Positions 38,330-51,099 of a stretch of DNA of 64,000 nt are shown piece after piece. The translations under genes were made by a program, and so were the position numbers. The first letter of the stretch is position 1. The number at the start of each line of letters is the position of its first letter. Origin of the DNA: Chiloscyllium plagiosum (taxonomy: Eukaryota); assembly GCF_004010195.1 (NCBI RefSeq), contig NC_057752.1, positions 12,898,381 through 12,962,380 of the forward strand, read 5' to 3'. The notes below the pieces were generated by a model. That model had not been told where the DNA came from, did no database searches, and saw only the letters and a list, made by a program, of their open reading frames with translations.

Positions 38330-38750
38330 AGGGAAAGGCTGGAGCTGTTTTCCCTGGAGGGTTGGAGACTGAGGGGTGACGTTATAAAGGTTTATAAAAT
38401 CATGAGGGGCATGGATAGGGTAAATAGCCAAAGCCTTTTCCCCAAGGTAGGGGAATCCAAAACTTGAGGGCATAGGTGTAAGGTGAGAGGGGAAAGATTT
38501 AAAAGGGACCTGAGGGGCAACGTTTTCACACAGAGGGTGGTGCGTGTATATGGAATGAGCTGCCAGAGGAAATTGTGGAGGCTGGTACAATTACAACATT
38601 TAAAGGCATCTGGATGGGTATATGAATAGGAAGGGTTTGGAGGGATATGGGCCAAATGCTGGGAAATGGGACTAGATTAGGTTAGGCTATCTGGTCGACG
38701 TTGATGAGTTGGACCAGTGGGTCTGTTTCCATGCTGTATGACTCTTATCT
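38330..38750 (+). mobile_element. CR1/HER1 3' end
   Basis: ctgaggggtgac.ttataaaggtttataaaatcatgagggg..ctgtttccatgctgtatgactct. Confidence 0.9.
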
Positions 38751-39059
38751 CTGAGATGTCAAATACACAATAGTGTTACCAAATGTGGCTTTTCCAAGCT
38801 TTTGATCATGAGATGGACGGAAAACCGGGTGAGGCAAGGCATTCCACAGATTGGAAGTCACGGAAGCAGAGGAATTAATTGATCATCCTGACAGAATGGG
38901 TTTCAGATCCTGAGTTTGCACAGGGCAGGAAGGGTGATTTGGAAGGTATTCTGGAAAATGTGAAGAATGAGGAAAGAAATTTCATGGTTTGGGGTGAGGT
39001 GAAGTGGATGTGTCTGTGCTCTCTTTTTGGTGTCAGATAGCCTCCTGTATTCATGTATA

Positions 39060-39545
39060 GATTCCAGTTCCCAAAGAAATGCCCTGCAGCAACTCACCAA
39101 AGCTCATGAGACAGCACCTTCCAAACCCACATGCTGACCATCAAGGAGGAGAAAGGCAGCATATGCAGGGGAATATCGTCAGTGCTTGATTGGCAGCACA
39201 ACCACAAGCATCCACTCCCTCCCCCACTGACACTCAGTAGCAGCACTGCAGAAGTTCATCAAAGATCCTCAGATAGCACCTTCCGAACCCATGATTCACT
39301 TCCATCTAGAAGGACAAGGGAACACCAGGCCCACAAGTTCCCCTCCAAGCCCCACACCATCCTGACTTGGAAATATATCCCGTTCCTTCAGTGTCACTGG
39401 GTCAAAATCCTGGAATTCCCTCCCTCAGGGCATTGTGGGTCAACCCACAGCACACGGACTGCAGCGGTTCAAGAAGGCAGCTCACCCCCACCTTCTCAAG
39501 GGAACAACTAGTGACGGGCAATAGATGCTGAGTGAAGGCCACATG
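39060..39545 (+). mobile_element. Family C LINE 3' fragments
   Basis: Reverse complement of 8575-8832 and 17510-17790, with a duplicated segment. Confidence 0.8.
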
Positions 39546-39734
39546 TGTAAAAGAATTTTTAAAAAACTGACATTTTTAAAAGAAAATGAGATGAAAAATT
39601 GCAGCATTACCAAGTACAGCTAACAGTGAAGGAGCCTGAGGGCTGTGGTGGGAAGGCAAATGTGGCCGAGCAGTCCGGTATCTTGTCATCTCCGTCATGA
39701 ATATCGTCCCAGTAGCCCATTTCTTTGGGTTGAT

Positions 39735-39900
39735 GCAACATTTAAGAGGCATTTGGATGGGTATATGAATAGGAAGGGTTTGGAGGGATATGGGCCGGGT
39801 GTTGGCAGGTGAGACTAGATTAGGTTGGGATATCTGGTCGGCATGGATGAGTTTGACTGAAGGGTCTGTTTCCATGCTGTACATCTCTATGACTCTATGT
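39735..39900 (+). mobile_element. Short CR1/HER1 3' end
   Basis: Matches 38595-38745; ctctatgactctatg tail. Confidence 0.88.
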
Positions 39901-40139
39901 GGAAAAATCGAAGGAAAGGGACTTCAAAAGAAAGTGTGAGCGGCAGCTTTGCATTTGGGAAGATGTGTCTATCAACCACCCTTAGCTCCTCCAGAAGCCG
40001 CTGACAGTGACCCACTCTCATTTCCAGTTCAGAGGTCACTCAGTCCTGCTTGCAGCTTCACAAAGCCACTTTAGCCAGGTAATATTCTGATTCAGGTCAC
40101 CGACCTTCTACAATGGTCCTGGAGTCCCAGAATTAAGCG

Positions 40140-40765
40140 CAGAATGATTACAGAGCAAAAGGAGGCCATTGTGCTTGCACTAGTTCAATCCCCTAGTGCC
40201 AATCTACCCATATCCCAGCATGCCATTTCTATCCAAATAACCATCCAATGACCCTCTTGAATGCCTCAATTGAACTTGCTTCCAGTACGTTTCCAGGTAG
40301 TGCATTCTAGACACTAACTACTCGCTGGGTGAAAATGGTTTTTCTCACATCCCCCTTGCTTCATTCACACATCACTTTAAATCTACGCCCCTCTCATTCT
40401 TGTTTCTGTCACAAGTGAGACCAGTTTCTCCCGATCTACTCTATCCAGCCTACTCATGATTTGGAAACCTCTATCAGATCTCCCTGTCAGCCTTTCTCTC
40501 CAGGGAGGACCGTCTTAATTTCTTCAATCTATCCTCACTGCTGAGGCTTCTCATCCCTGGAACCATTTTTGTATATCCCATCTGCTCTGTCTCTCCCTAA
40601 TGCAACCACATCGTCCCTATAATGTGGCACCATAGCTGAGGTTGAACAAGTGTCTTGTGGAAGTCCAACATCACCTCTCTGCTTTTGTACTCTATTAATA
40701 AAGCTGAGGACACTGTGTTTTATTAACTGCTCTCTCCACCCATCCTGCCACCTTCAACGATCTGT
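40140..40765 (-). mobile_element. Old CR1 3' fragment
   Basis: ctcatgatttggaaacctctatcagatctccc..cttctcatccctggaaccatt. Confidence 0.7.
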
Positions 40766-41169
40766 TGTGAGCACTATTGGGGAACAGAAACCATACGATT
40801 GTTGAAGAAATTGTAATCTTGTAAGCATTGAGCATTTTTGTGCCATTGTGTTAAAAATGTTGGCGATTGGGTGATAAAGTTGTTTGTTTTGTTTGAGGTG
40901 GGAGGTCATGTGAGCAATATGACCATCCAAAGTTGGCACCCCTACTTCCCTTTCTGTTTCAATCAGCTTGCATGGTGTTATTTGAATTTGAATCAGGGTC
41001 CTTGTAGGAATGCAGTCCACACTGCGAGTAGGCAATGGGATTGCCAATGACAGTCACGCAGAGAGTGAAGTTGTGGCATGGGAAGGTGGGCAATCTGGTG
41101 AACGGCATGGATTCCCTCTCAGGAATCTGATGTTTAATCAATGGGGTGAAATGTGGAGCAAAAGTAAAT

Positions 41170-42190
41170 TATTACTAGAAAGTTGAAATATCAAGAAAAA
41201 AGAGAAGGTGCTGGGGCAACTCAGCAGGTTCTGGCAAAATCTGTGGAGAGAGAAACAGACTTAATGTTTCAAGTCCGGTATGACTCTTCTTCAGAAGTGG
41301 AGGCCTTCCCTTCAATGAATTTTGAACTCACCTTGGTGTTGTACTCTCTTTCTTTCCCCTCGTTTATTTCTCTGTCCTCGCATCCTTGATCAGAAAATCT
41401 TCTCCCATTCAGCAAACGCTTTCACCTATCTCTAGTTATCCACCTTCCACATAGACCCCTACCTGCTCTCCGCCTTTTGATTGAGAGCTTCAGCATATTA
41501 TTGGTAATTTTCATCTCTCCCCTCAACCACATGAACCCGACTGCCTGTGAATCCTCGGGTCCAAACCTGATCTTGTTATCAAAGCTGCTGAGAAGAGTTG
41601 GAGGCAGTGCCAACTCTCAGACACCTCCTGCCATCTTTCCCTGAACATCAAGGACTGTCACTGACCTCTGAAGATCTCCCCTCTATAGCTCCCTGCCTCA
41701 TAGAGTCCCCAACCCCACACAGCCCTCTCCTATCCTAACCACGGTGGCACAGTGGTTAGCACTGCTGCCTCACAGCACCAGAGACCCGGGTTCAATTCCC
41801 GCCTCAGGCGACTGACTGTGTGGAGTTTGCATGTTCTCCCCGTGTCTGCGTGGGTTTCCTCCGGGTGCTCCGGTTTCCTCCCACAGTCCAAAGATATGCA
41901 GGTCAGGTGAATTGACCATGCTAAATTGCCCGTAGTGTTAGGTAAGGGGTAAATGTAGGGATATGGGTGGGTTGCGCTTCGGCGGGTCGGTGTGGACTTG
42001 TTGGGCCGAAGGGCCTGTTTCCACACTGTAATGTAATCTAATCTAAAAAATCTAATCTACCTTCTTCCCAAAATCCACAAACAGGCCTGTCCTGGTCCAC
42101 CTTTTCTGCTCCACTGAAATTATTTCTTTCTACCTTGACTTTTGTTTTTCCTCCCCTGGTACAGTCTTTTCCCAGCTACATCTGTCATTC
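41170..42190. mobile_element. Decayed PLE: antisense pLTR (41170-41298) plus sense RT remnant, interrupted by HE1
   Basis: Minus-strand ctgaagaagagtcataccggacttgaaacattaa; plus-strand PDLVIKAAEK (cf. IVIKPADKG) and YLLPKIHK..CPG. Confidence 0.7.
41740..42058 (+). mobile_element. HE1-type V-SINE, young copy
   Basis: CpG-rich and apparently little decayed; (taatc)n tail. Confidence 0.92.
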
Positions 42191-42194
42191 CTTT

Positions 42195-42535
42195 TTTTAA
42201 TTCATTCACAGGATGAGGGTGTTGCTGGCTAGGCCCACCATTTAATGCCCATCCCTAATTGCCCAGGGGGCAGTTAAGAGTCAACCGCATTGGCTGTGGG
42301 TCTGGAGTCACATGTTGGGCCAGACCAGGTAATGACAGCAGTTTCCTTCCCTAAAGGACGTTAGTGAACCAGATAGGTTTTTCCCCAACAATTGGAAATG
42401 GATTCATGGTCATCATCAGATTCTTAATTCCAGTTTTTAATGAATTGAAATTCCACCATCTGCCATGGCAGGATTTGAACCTGGGTCCCCAGAACATTAC
42501 TCTGGATTCACAGTCCAGTGATAATGCCACTAGAC
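42195..42535 (-). mobile_element. SINE family B
   Basis: gcccatccctaattgccc..ttccaccatctgccatggcaggatttgaacc. Confidence 0.85.
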
Positions 42536-42569
42536 AATTGCTTGTCCTTGTTCTTCTGATGTCTTACTG

Positions 42570-43390
42570 CACTTACATAGGCCTTTGCTGAAACCACACC
42601 TGGAGTACCGTGTACAGATTTGGCCTCCTTGCTGTCTGCTTTGGAGAAAGTAAATTGTGAATTCATGAGATTGATTCCTGAAGTAAGGAGCTAGCCCTGT
42701 GAGAAGAGGTTGAGTTGAATAATCTCTGGAGTTTTGAAGAATGAGAGGTGATCTCACTGATATATATGAAATTCTTAAATGTTTTAGCAAGTTAGAGTCT
42801 GAGACTTTGTTTCCCTAAGCTGGGGAATTGAAAATTAGGAGTCATCAAGTCTCGGGATAAGGAATTGATCATTTAAGACTGATAGTGAGTGAAATGTCTT
42901 CACTCTAAAGGTTGTGGATCTTTGGAATCCTCTATTCTGGAGAGCCATGTATGTTCAGATTTGAGACTGAGGTTAATAGGAGATGAAAGGGTAGAGAGCT
43001 AAGGTAGGAAAATGCTGATGACGTAGAAGATCAGCCGTAGAAACATAGAGAATAAGAGTAGGCCATTTGACCCATTGAGCCTGTTAGACCATTCAATATG
43101 ATCATGGCTGATCATCCAACTCAATCCCATGTTCCTGCTTTCTCCCTCACGCCCTTTGATCTCCTTATCCCTAAGAACTATATCTAACTACTTCTTGAAA
43201 ACATTTCATGTTTTATTCACAACCACTTTCTGTGGCAGAGAATTCCATATCTCCCCCACTCTCTGGGTGAGGACATTTCCCCTCATCTCAGTCCGAAATG
43301 GCCTCCCCTGTATCCTTAATCTGTGATCCCTGGTGCTGGACTTGCCCTTGACATCCTTCCTGCTTATTCCTGTTAGAAATTTATAGATTT
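42570..43390. mobile_element. Two CR1 3' fragments, tail to tail (+ 42570-43040, - 43040-43390)
   Basis: ccacacctggagtac..gaatgagaggtgatctc; ORF 43206-43547 GRPFRTEMRGNVLTQRV. Confidence 0.8.
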
Positions 43391-43814
43391 GGTTTTGCCA
43401 TGATTTTATTGAGTGGCAGAGCAAGGTTAAAGGACTGCATAGCCTGCTCCTACTCCTTGTTCTAATGCTGTTATGTTTATGAATTTCTGTTGTAGACTGA
43501 TGTGCTATCCATCTCCTGGGTCTGTATATCTCTAGCCAGAAACACACAGGTGCGAGCTAGGAAGAATCTTGGTCAGGGTATTAAAATGATTTGCAGACCA
43601 TGCTTTCATACCTTCCTTGTTAACTATTGCAAATGCAGTATATTGAGTGAATTTAACACCCAGAATGGTTGAGTATCTGGAATTTAAAAGGCCTTGATTA
43701 TTCACACAGGACCTGACAGAGTCCTCGAACAGTTTTCCTGCCACATCTGCACAGCTTCTGGTTTGTTTTGTGTTACTTTTTCAGTGTTGCTGAATAAGCA
43801 AGGAAAGTGGTGCA

Positions 43815-44455
43815 GAAGTCCAGAAAACAGGGACATAGTTTAAGGATAAGGGGTCTGCCTTTTAGGACTGAGATGAGGAGAAATGTCTTTACCCGAAGAG
43901 TGGTGAGCCTGTGGAATTCACTACCACTGGACGTGGTTGAGGCCAGAATACTGACTGTTTTCAAGAAAGAAGTAGACATAGCTCTTAGGCATATGGTGTG
44001 GAGGTGCCGGTGTTGGACTTGGGTGTACAAAGTTAAAAATCACACAACACCAAGCTTTTGGAGCACTGCTGCTTCATCAGGTGGCTAGTGGGGCAGGATC
44101 ATAGGACACAGAATTTATAGTAAAATTTATAGTAATAAATCGAAACCTGCAACCCATTCTAAGTGATTAAAAATTAACAGTAATCTAGGTTTGTTCATAA
44201 CATCACATCAGTTATATGACGCTTTGAACTTTTACTATACATTCTGTGTCCTATGATGCTGCTCCACTAGCTCCTTGATGAAGGAGCAGCCCTCCAGAAG
44301 CTTGTACTTCCAGATAAAACTGTTGGACTATAACCTGGTGTTGTGTGATTTTTAACTTAAGCATATGGGGCATAGGGCAGGATCATATTGATTGGAGTAG
44401 CAGGCTCAAGGGGTCGAATGGCCTACTCCTGCTCCTATCTCCTATGTTTCTATGC
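43815..44455 (+). mobile_element. CR1 3' end interrupted by an inverted PLE insertion
   Basis: GHSLRIRGLPFRTEMRRNVFTRRVVSLWNSLP; ctatgtttctatg tail. Confidence 0.85.
43997..44355. mobile_element. Inverted PLE insertion (family of 3852-3985) with two decayed hammerheads and 13-bp TSD
   Basis: TSD ctta(g/a)gcatatgg at 43984-43996 and 44356-44368; arms aagttaaaaatcacacaacacca / tggtgttgtgtgatttttaactt. Confidence 0.82.
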
Positions 44456-44654
44456 CTTGAAATTGCTTGCACGTGGGCATAACGGCCAGGGTTCAAATTG
44501 GACAAGGTCGATCTTCTCACCAACATTCACTGCCCAAACTGACATGAAAAATGATCAGCTGAGTGTGCTTTTGAGAGGACGAGTGGCAAGCCATGGAATT
44601 GTACTTTGTAATGGGGAACATTCAGAAGACAATTGAGACAAACAGTATGTTAAG

Positions 44655-44835
44655 ACTAGCTCCTGAAAGCCTGTCCACTATCTACAAGGCACAAGTCAGG
44701 AGTCCGATGGAATACTCCCCACTTGCCTGAATGGGGGCAGCTCCAACAAAACTCAAGAAGCTTGGCACCATCCAGGACAAAGCAGCCGCTTGATTAGCAT
44801 CATATCCACCACCTTCAACATTCACTTCTTCTACC
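44655..44835 (+). mobile_element. Family C LINE fragment
   Basis: TIYKAQVRSPMEYSPLA*MGAAPTKLKKLGTIQDKAA. Confidence 0.85.
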
Positions 44836-45199
44836 GCTGACTCAAGTCTGTCATGTTTAATATAACATTCAGTAATCTCTCTCCTTGCTTCTACTGTGAG
44901 CACTGTACTTACGTAGTTAATTATATGGTTCATTTTCAAAGATTTGATTTGAGATAACTTTTGTTTCTGATAATAATTCAGTAAATATTAATAGGTTTAG
45001 TATGTGTTGAACCAATTATTGAATTATAGTTATGAGTTATGAATGGTGCCTTTTCTCCCAGAGAAAGGTTATGTTTATGTCAGGAGGTTTTTAATCAGGA
45101 ATAAGGTAGGAAGGCCCAAAATTGCTGACAGGCATTGTCCATGAATTTATCTGTGTAAGAAAGGTTCCTTTTGAGTACATAACAAGTAGGATCATGAAG

Positions 45200-46645
45200 A
45201 ACTTAGAAGCAGATGTATGCTGTTCAGCTCTTCAAGCCTGCTCCACCATTCAATAGATTAATGGCTGGTCAGATTGTGGTCTCAACTCTGCTTTCCCATA
45301 TGTTTCCCATGACCCTTGACCCATTTTTGATCAACTATCTCTTTATCTCTGCCTTGTAATTGTACTCTCATCTACCACTTCTTCTGATAGTTCATTCCAT
45401 ATATACACCACCTTCTGTGTGAGGAAGTTGCCCCTCAGATCCTTTTTTAAATCTTGCCCCTCTCATCTTAAACCTATGCCCTCTAGAATTAGACTCTCCT
45501 ACTCTGAGAAAAAAGACCTTGGCTATTCACCCTATCCATACCTCTCATGATTTCATAAACATCTATAGAGTCACCCCTCAGCCTTTGATGCTCCAGGGGG
45601 AAAAAAAAGTCCCAGCCTATCCAGCGTCTCCTTATGACTCAAACCCTCTAGTCTTGATAACATCCTTGTAAATCTTTTTTGCATCCTTTCCAGTTCAAGA
45701 ACATCCTTCCTATAGCAGCATGACTAGATTGTACGCAGTACTCCAAATGTGGCCTTACCACTGACTTGTACAACTGTGGACAAAATTCACATTCTCCCAC
45801 TGATACCTGCCCAATTTATTCCCACTCACCTAACCTATGCTTTTCCAGATGATATACCACCTCTTCAGAATTTACTGTTCTATCTATCTTGGTGCAGGTT
45901 TAGATACTGTATATTCAGTACCTTCACCCAGGTTGATATAGGTTGTAAGTAATTGAGACCCTAACATTGATCCCTACGGGGAGAAAGTGAGGTCTGCAGA
46001 TGCTGGAGATCAAAGTTGAAACTTTATTGCTGGAACAGCACAGCAGGTCAGGCAGCATCCAGGGAGCAGGAGATTCGACGTTTCGGGCACAGGCCCTTCT
46101 ATTCGACGTTTCGGGCACGGGCCTGTGCCCGAAACGTCGAATCTCCTGCTCCCTGGATGCTGCCTGACCTGCTGTGCTGTTCCAGCAATAAAGTTTCAAC
46201 ATTGATCCCTACGGCTCTCGTTTCAACTTTCTAACGTAAAAATGTTGGGTTTATGACTACTTGCTGCTTTCTGTTTGCTAATCAATCTTTTATCCATGCT
46301 AATAAGTTACTCTCTATGCCATGAGTGTTTATTTTCTGTCGGAACCTTGGATATGCTGTTTAGAAATCCAAGCACTCGCTGTCCACGGCTTCTTCTTTGT
46401 CCACTTTGCCTGTTACGTCGTTATATAACTCGAATAAATCAGTTAAGCATTCACAAAATCATGTTGACTCTGCCTGACTCCATTAGAATTTTTTAAGTAC
46501 CCTGCTATTGCCTACTTACTAATGGATTCTAACAATTTCCATATGGTGGACGTCAGGCTAACTAAATTCTGCTTTCAGTCTTCCAGTTTATTTAATAAGG
46601 GTGAAATATTGATTATTATCCAATCCATTGGGACCTTTCCAGAAT
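45200..46645 (-). mobile_element. CR1 fragments (45200-45780 3' ends; older fragment to 46645)
   Basis: ctctcatgatttcataaacatctatagagtcacccctcagcc; ccattgggacctttccagaatc. Confidence 0.7.
45980..46200. mobile_element. Near-perfect palindromic PLE mini-insertion with TSD
   Basis: TSD (aac)attgatccctacgg at 45963-45979 and 46198-46214; ~80-bp perfect inverted arms. Confidence 0.92.
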
Positions 46646-46694
46646 CTAATGATTTTTTTTCATGAGGGCTTCATGAAGGAAAAAAGAAGAATTT

Positions 46695-47020
46695 GGGCAG
46701 TATGGTGACTCAGTGGTTAGCACTGCTGTCCCACAGCACCAGAGACCCAGGTTTGATTCCACCGTCTGGCAACTGTCTGTGTGGAGTTTGCACATTCTCC
46801 CCATGTCTGTGTGGGTTTTCTCCAGGTGCTCCAGTTTCCTCCCACAATCCAAAGATGTGCAAGTTAGATGGGTTGGCCATGCTGAATTGCCCATAGTGTC
46901 AAGGGATGTGCAGACTAGGTGGATTAGCCATGGGAAATGCTAGGATGGGGTTAGGTTTGGGTGGGAGGCTCTTTCGAGGGCTGGCCTCCATACTGCTTCC
47001 ATACTTTAGGGACTCTGTGG
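46695..47020 (+). mobile_element. HE1-type V-SINE
   Basis: gtgactcagtggttagcactgctg..gtgtggagtttgcacattctcccc. Confidence 0.88.
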
Positions 47021-47220
47021 GCATCATTGGCTGGGCCACCATTTATTGCCTGTCCCTAGTTGCCCTTTGGGGGGGTTGTGGTGAACTGTTTTCTTGAACC
47101 GTTGCAGGCTGTGTGCTGTGGGTTGACCCACAATGCCCTTAGAGAGGGAATTCCAAGATTGTGACCCAGCGACACTGAAGGAATGGTGATATATTTCCAA
47201 GACAGGATGGTGTGTGAGGG
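47020..47220 (-). mobile_element. Family C LINE 3' end
   Basis: Matches 17450-17640. Confidence 0.8.
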
Positions 47221-47624
47221 GAATCTGTCCTCAGCAATCAGGAACTACTTAGGCTCTTAATTACAAATTTTGAATTCCACCATCTGCCATGGCAGATATT
47301 TTAGAGGATTGTGGAACGGGAGGGGATTACTGAGGGACCAGGCTGCAATAAAGGGGGGAGGGGGGAGGTGAGATTGAGGGCGGGGAGGATACATGGGGAT
47401 GGGGTATTGAACATTATCTGGGTCTCTGGGTTAATAGTCTAGCAATAATAGCACTTCCCTTAGGATTCAGGCTATCTGGTCCCAGAACCTTCAGGAACAA
47501 TACTTTCCTAGTCACTTTTCTCTGATGTTTGTTTTAAGTGGCTCCTTATCTGCTGTATATAGATCTGAAAGGGTTAATACTGAGGAGTGCCATAAGCACT
47601 GCGATGATCACCAAATGTGGAAAA

Positions 47625-48090
47625 ACAGTAAGACTTGTACTTGTAAAGTGGCGTTCACAACCTCATGATGTCCCATGATGTTTTGCTGTCAATGCAGAAG
47701 TGTAATGTAGTGTACCAGTGTAGGAAACACAGCAATCAACTTGCACACAACAAAGCTTGCATAAAGAACAGCAAATTTTTAGCACCTTCAATGGGACAAA
47801 ATGTACCAAGGTACTTCACAGGAGCATTAGAAAGGAAAATTTGACACTGAGCCACGTGAGGACACACGAAGACAGATGATCGAAAGCTTGATCAAAGAGG
47901 GTGGTTTTAAGAAGTGCCTTAAAGGAAGAGGGAGATGGAGAGATTCATGGAGCGAGCTCTAGACCTTTACAGGAAACAAAAAGTAGAGCAACTGAAAACA
48001 AATTAGAGATATTCAAGAGGTCAGAATTAAATGAATGTACAAATATGGCAGAGGGTTGTGGAGGGGGAAGGGATTACAGAGAAGCAGGCC
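47625..48090 (-). mobile_element. Deu-SINE tail followed by an L2-type 3' end
   Basis: aagacttgtacttgtaaagtggcgttcacaacctca; aaaatttgacactgagcc..aagcttgatcaaagaggtggttttaagaagtg. Confidence 0.55.
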
Positions 48091-49049
48091 GCAGTAAGGG
48101 ACGGGGATGATATTTGGGGGATGTTGAGAATGGAAGATGGATAAATTGATGTGCAGCTGGGAGTGAGCAACAACAATGTGGTAGTGACTGTGTAATCTGT
48201 TTTTCATTGCTGCTATCTGAAGGATGGATATAGGCCAGGACTATGTGGGGAGTTCTCCTGCTGCGTTTAGAGATAGCAGCATGAGAAATCTGTTATATCC
48301 ACCTACGAAGCCTCCGTTTCAGGCCCTATCCAGTACCTCTTCGGTATGTTTTCATTGCCCTTTCTTCCTCCATTTTTCTTCTAGAACAGAAACCCTGAGC
48401 CATCGATCAAACAGATTACCCCAAATAAGTGCACCATTGTGAAGGATTTAGATAGAATAAATGAAAGGGAAACCATTCCCACTGTATCAGGCCTTCATGT
48501 GTCATTAATTGCATACATAAGGCTGTTAATTGGCAAACGCCATGAATGGGACCACAAAATTGCACACTTATATAATTAGCAACTTTTTTGCCCTAGTTAT
48601 TTGCAGCAGTTTTCAGGAGATTAAACTTTAATTCCCGGGGACTTCAGGACAGCCCAGGGGAGTTTGGCAAACCCATCGCAAAGATAGGAGCATCTTTAGT
48701 GGAGATGGTCAAGCTCGTGAGACTGACACAACAAATCTATATTTGCATTTTGCTTTCCAGATTCACAGTTAAGGTGCTAATGCAAATGGTGTTGATTTAT
48801 TCACTGTTATCCCAAATCAAGAGAGGAAATTTCAATTTTGAGGCCATAAATTTAAAGGGACAGAACTCCTCTTCTTATAATGCCAAGAGAGGAGAAAAGC
48901 TATTGCACTCAGCAAACTACCTGGTGAAGTCCTGCGATATACCTGGAATGTGCCACATAGTATTGGGACATTCAGCCCAACTAGTCCATGCTGATGTTTA
49001 TGCTCGATATGAACCTTCTTCCATCTTTTCTCATCTCATCCTTCTGTAC

Positions 49050-49585
49050 CTCTGGAATATTGCATTCAATTCTGGTCTCCCTGCTAGAGAAAGGATATTG
49101 TGAAACTTGAAAGGGTGCAAAAAAGATTAACAAAGATGTTGCTGGGGTTGGAGGGTTTGAGCTACAGGAAGGAGCTGAATAGGCTGGGGCTATTTTCCCT
49201 GGACCATCGGAGGCTCAGGGGTGACCTTTATAAAGGTTTATAAAATCATGAGGAGTAAAGATTGGCTGATTAGCCAATGTCTTTTTTCCAGGGTAGGGGA
49301 GTCCAAAACTAGAGGGCATAGGTTTAAGGTGAGAGGGGAAAGATATAAAAGGGACCCAAGGGGCAACATTTTCACACAGAGGGTGGTGTGTGTATGGAAT
49401 GAGCTGCCAGAGGAAGTGGTGGGGACTGGTACAATTACAACATTTAAAAGGCATCTGGATGGGTATATGAATAGGAAGGGTTTAGAGGGATATAGGCTGG
49501 GTGCTGGCAAATGGGACCAGATTAATTTAGGATAGCTGATCGGCATGGATAAGTTGTTTCCATGCTGTACATCTCTATGACTCCA
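49050..49585 (+). mobile_element. CR1/HER1 3' end
   Basis: ORF 49221-49535 FIKVYKIMR..TRGHRFKV..FTQRVVCVWNELP. Confidence 0.9.
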
Positions 49586-49884
49586 TATACATCTGTTCCT
49601 TTCTTCCTGACCTGTTTATCCAGTTTCCGATTAAACATATCCATTTTAACCAATCCCTGTGTGGGCGAACCCCCAATTCTCGCTACTGTCTGGGTGAATA
49701 CATTTCTTCTGAATTTCCTACAGGATTTCTCGGGGACTCTCTTATTGAAGACCCCTAGTACTGCTCTTTGTCACAAGGGGAAACACTCTATTTTATCATT
49801 TTAAAAATCCTGTATGAGGGCACTCCTTAGCCATATTGTTTTCAAAAGAAAGTAAAGCCAGCCTCTTCTGAGAGAGAGTTTCCT

Positions 49885-49990
49885 CATCAACCTGTTCAGA
49901 GATGTTAATAGCACACCTCTGAAGCAGGTGGGATTTGAACCCAGGCCTCCTGCTTCATAGGTATGGACACTACCACCATGCCACAGAAGT
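49885..49990 (-). mobile_element. Short tRNA-derived SINE (family D)
   Basis: Reverse complement resembles 52630-52740; B-box gggttcaaatccc. Confidence 0.6.
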
Positions 49991-50254
49991 CTAACCAATT
50001 TCAGTTTCTCTTTTTCTGATTTATTCCTATGATCTGTAATGCTAAACTTTTTATTTCTTCACTTTTCGATTTTTATCTCCCTTAAGGATTTGCACTGAAG
50101 AATGTGTACTCACATACCTTGTACCTAAAATGGCGCCATAAGTATAAACGTTTCACTGTGCTCATCTGATAATAAAGCTATTTCTAACACTTTTCGGATA
50201 AATATAACATTGCACATCTAGTCTTACCCTCCTGAGTTTTTTTTTTCAGAGCAT

Positions 50255-50578
50255 ATAGAATCCCTACAGTGTGGATATAGGCCATTTGGCCTGTCGAGCC
50301 CACACTGACCATCCGAAAACCATCTCACCCAGACTCACCCTATTCCTGTCACCCTGTGATTCCCTCGGCTAAAACCCCCCAGCCTGCACATCCCTGGACA
50401 CTATGAGGCAATTTAGCATGGCCAATCCAACTAACCTACACATCTTTGGACTGTGGGAGGAAACCCACACAGACACAGGGAGAATGTGCAAACTCCACAC
50501 AGATAGTCACCCTAGGGTGGGATTGACCCCAGGTACTGTGAGGCAGCAGTGCTGACCACTGAGCCAATGTACCGCCCA
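50255..50578 (-). mobile_element. HE1-type V-SINE
   Basis: atagaatccctacagtgtgg..gagaatgtgcaaactccacacaga..ccactgagcca. Confidence 0.88.
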
Positions 50579-50594
50579 AATTCTTCTTTTGTTC

Positions 50595-50940
50595 TTCATT
50601 CTTTCAGAGATGTCGGAGTCACTGGCCAGGCCAGCATTTGTTGCCTGACCCTAATTCTCCTTGAACTGAGTGGCCTACTCAGCCATTTTGGAGGCAGAAG
50701 AAAGCAGCAGTAACCGTGGCGAACGTTACCCTGCTCTGACTCACCTTCCAAATGGGGTCATTTCCAAGTATCATTGTTTTAGTTGACCTCAGAGAGCAGT
50801 TAAAAGTCAACCACATCCTGTAGGCCAGGCCAGGTAAGGACAGCAAATTTTGTTTCTGAAGGACATGAATAAACATGATGGGTTTTTATGACAAGCAATG
50901 ATAATTGTCATTCTTGAGATTAGCTTTACACTCCAGATTT
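50595..50940 (-). mobile_element. SINE family B, interrupted by ~100 bp of other sequence
   Basis: ggccagcatttgttgcctgaccctaatt..gcagttaaaagtcaaccacat..gatgggtttttatgacaa. Confidence 0.65.
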
Positions 50941-51099
50941 GCAGAGCAGATTTGATGGTCCAAATGGCCTACTTTCAGACATACATTCAAGCACTTAAAA
51001 TCGAATTAGACGTTTCACAATGATGCCACATAACAACAGTAGCAACCTGTATTTATATAGCATCTTTACTGCATTAAAATATCACGAGGCCTGACATTA

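Noticed and set aside
41740..41810. tRNA genes at SINE heads (also 2311, 13915, 52630 and others)
   Set aside because: A/B boxes run directly into SINE bodies; no complete cloverleaf is evident.
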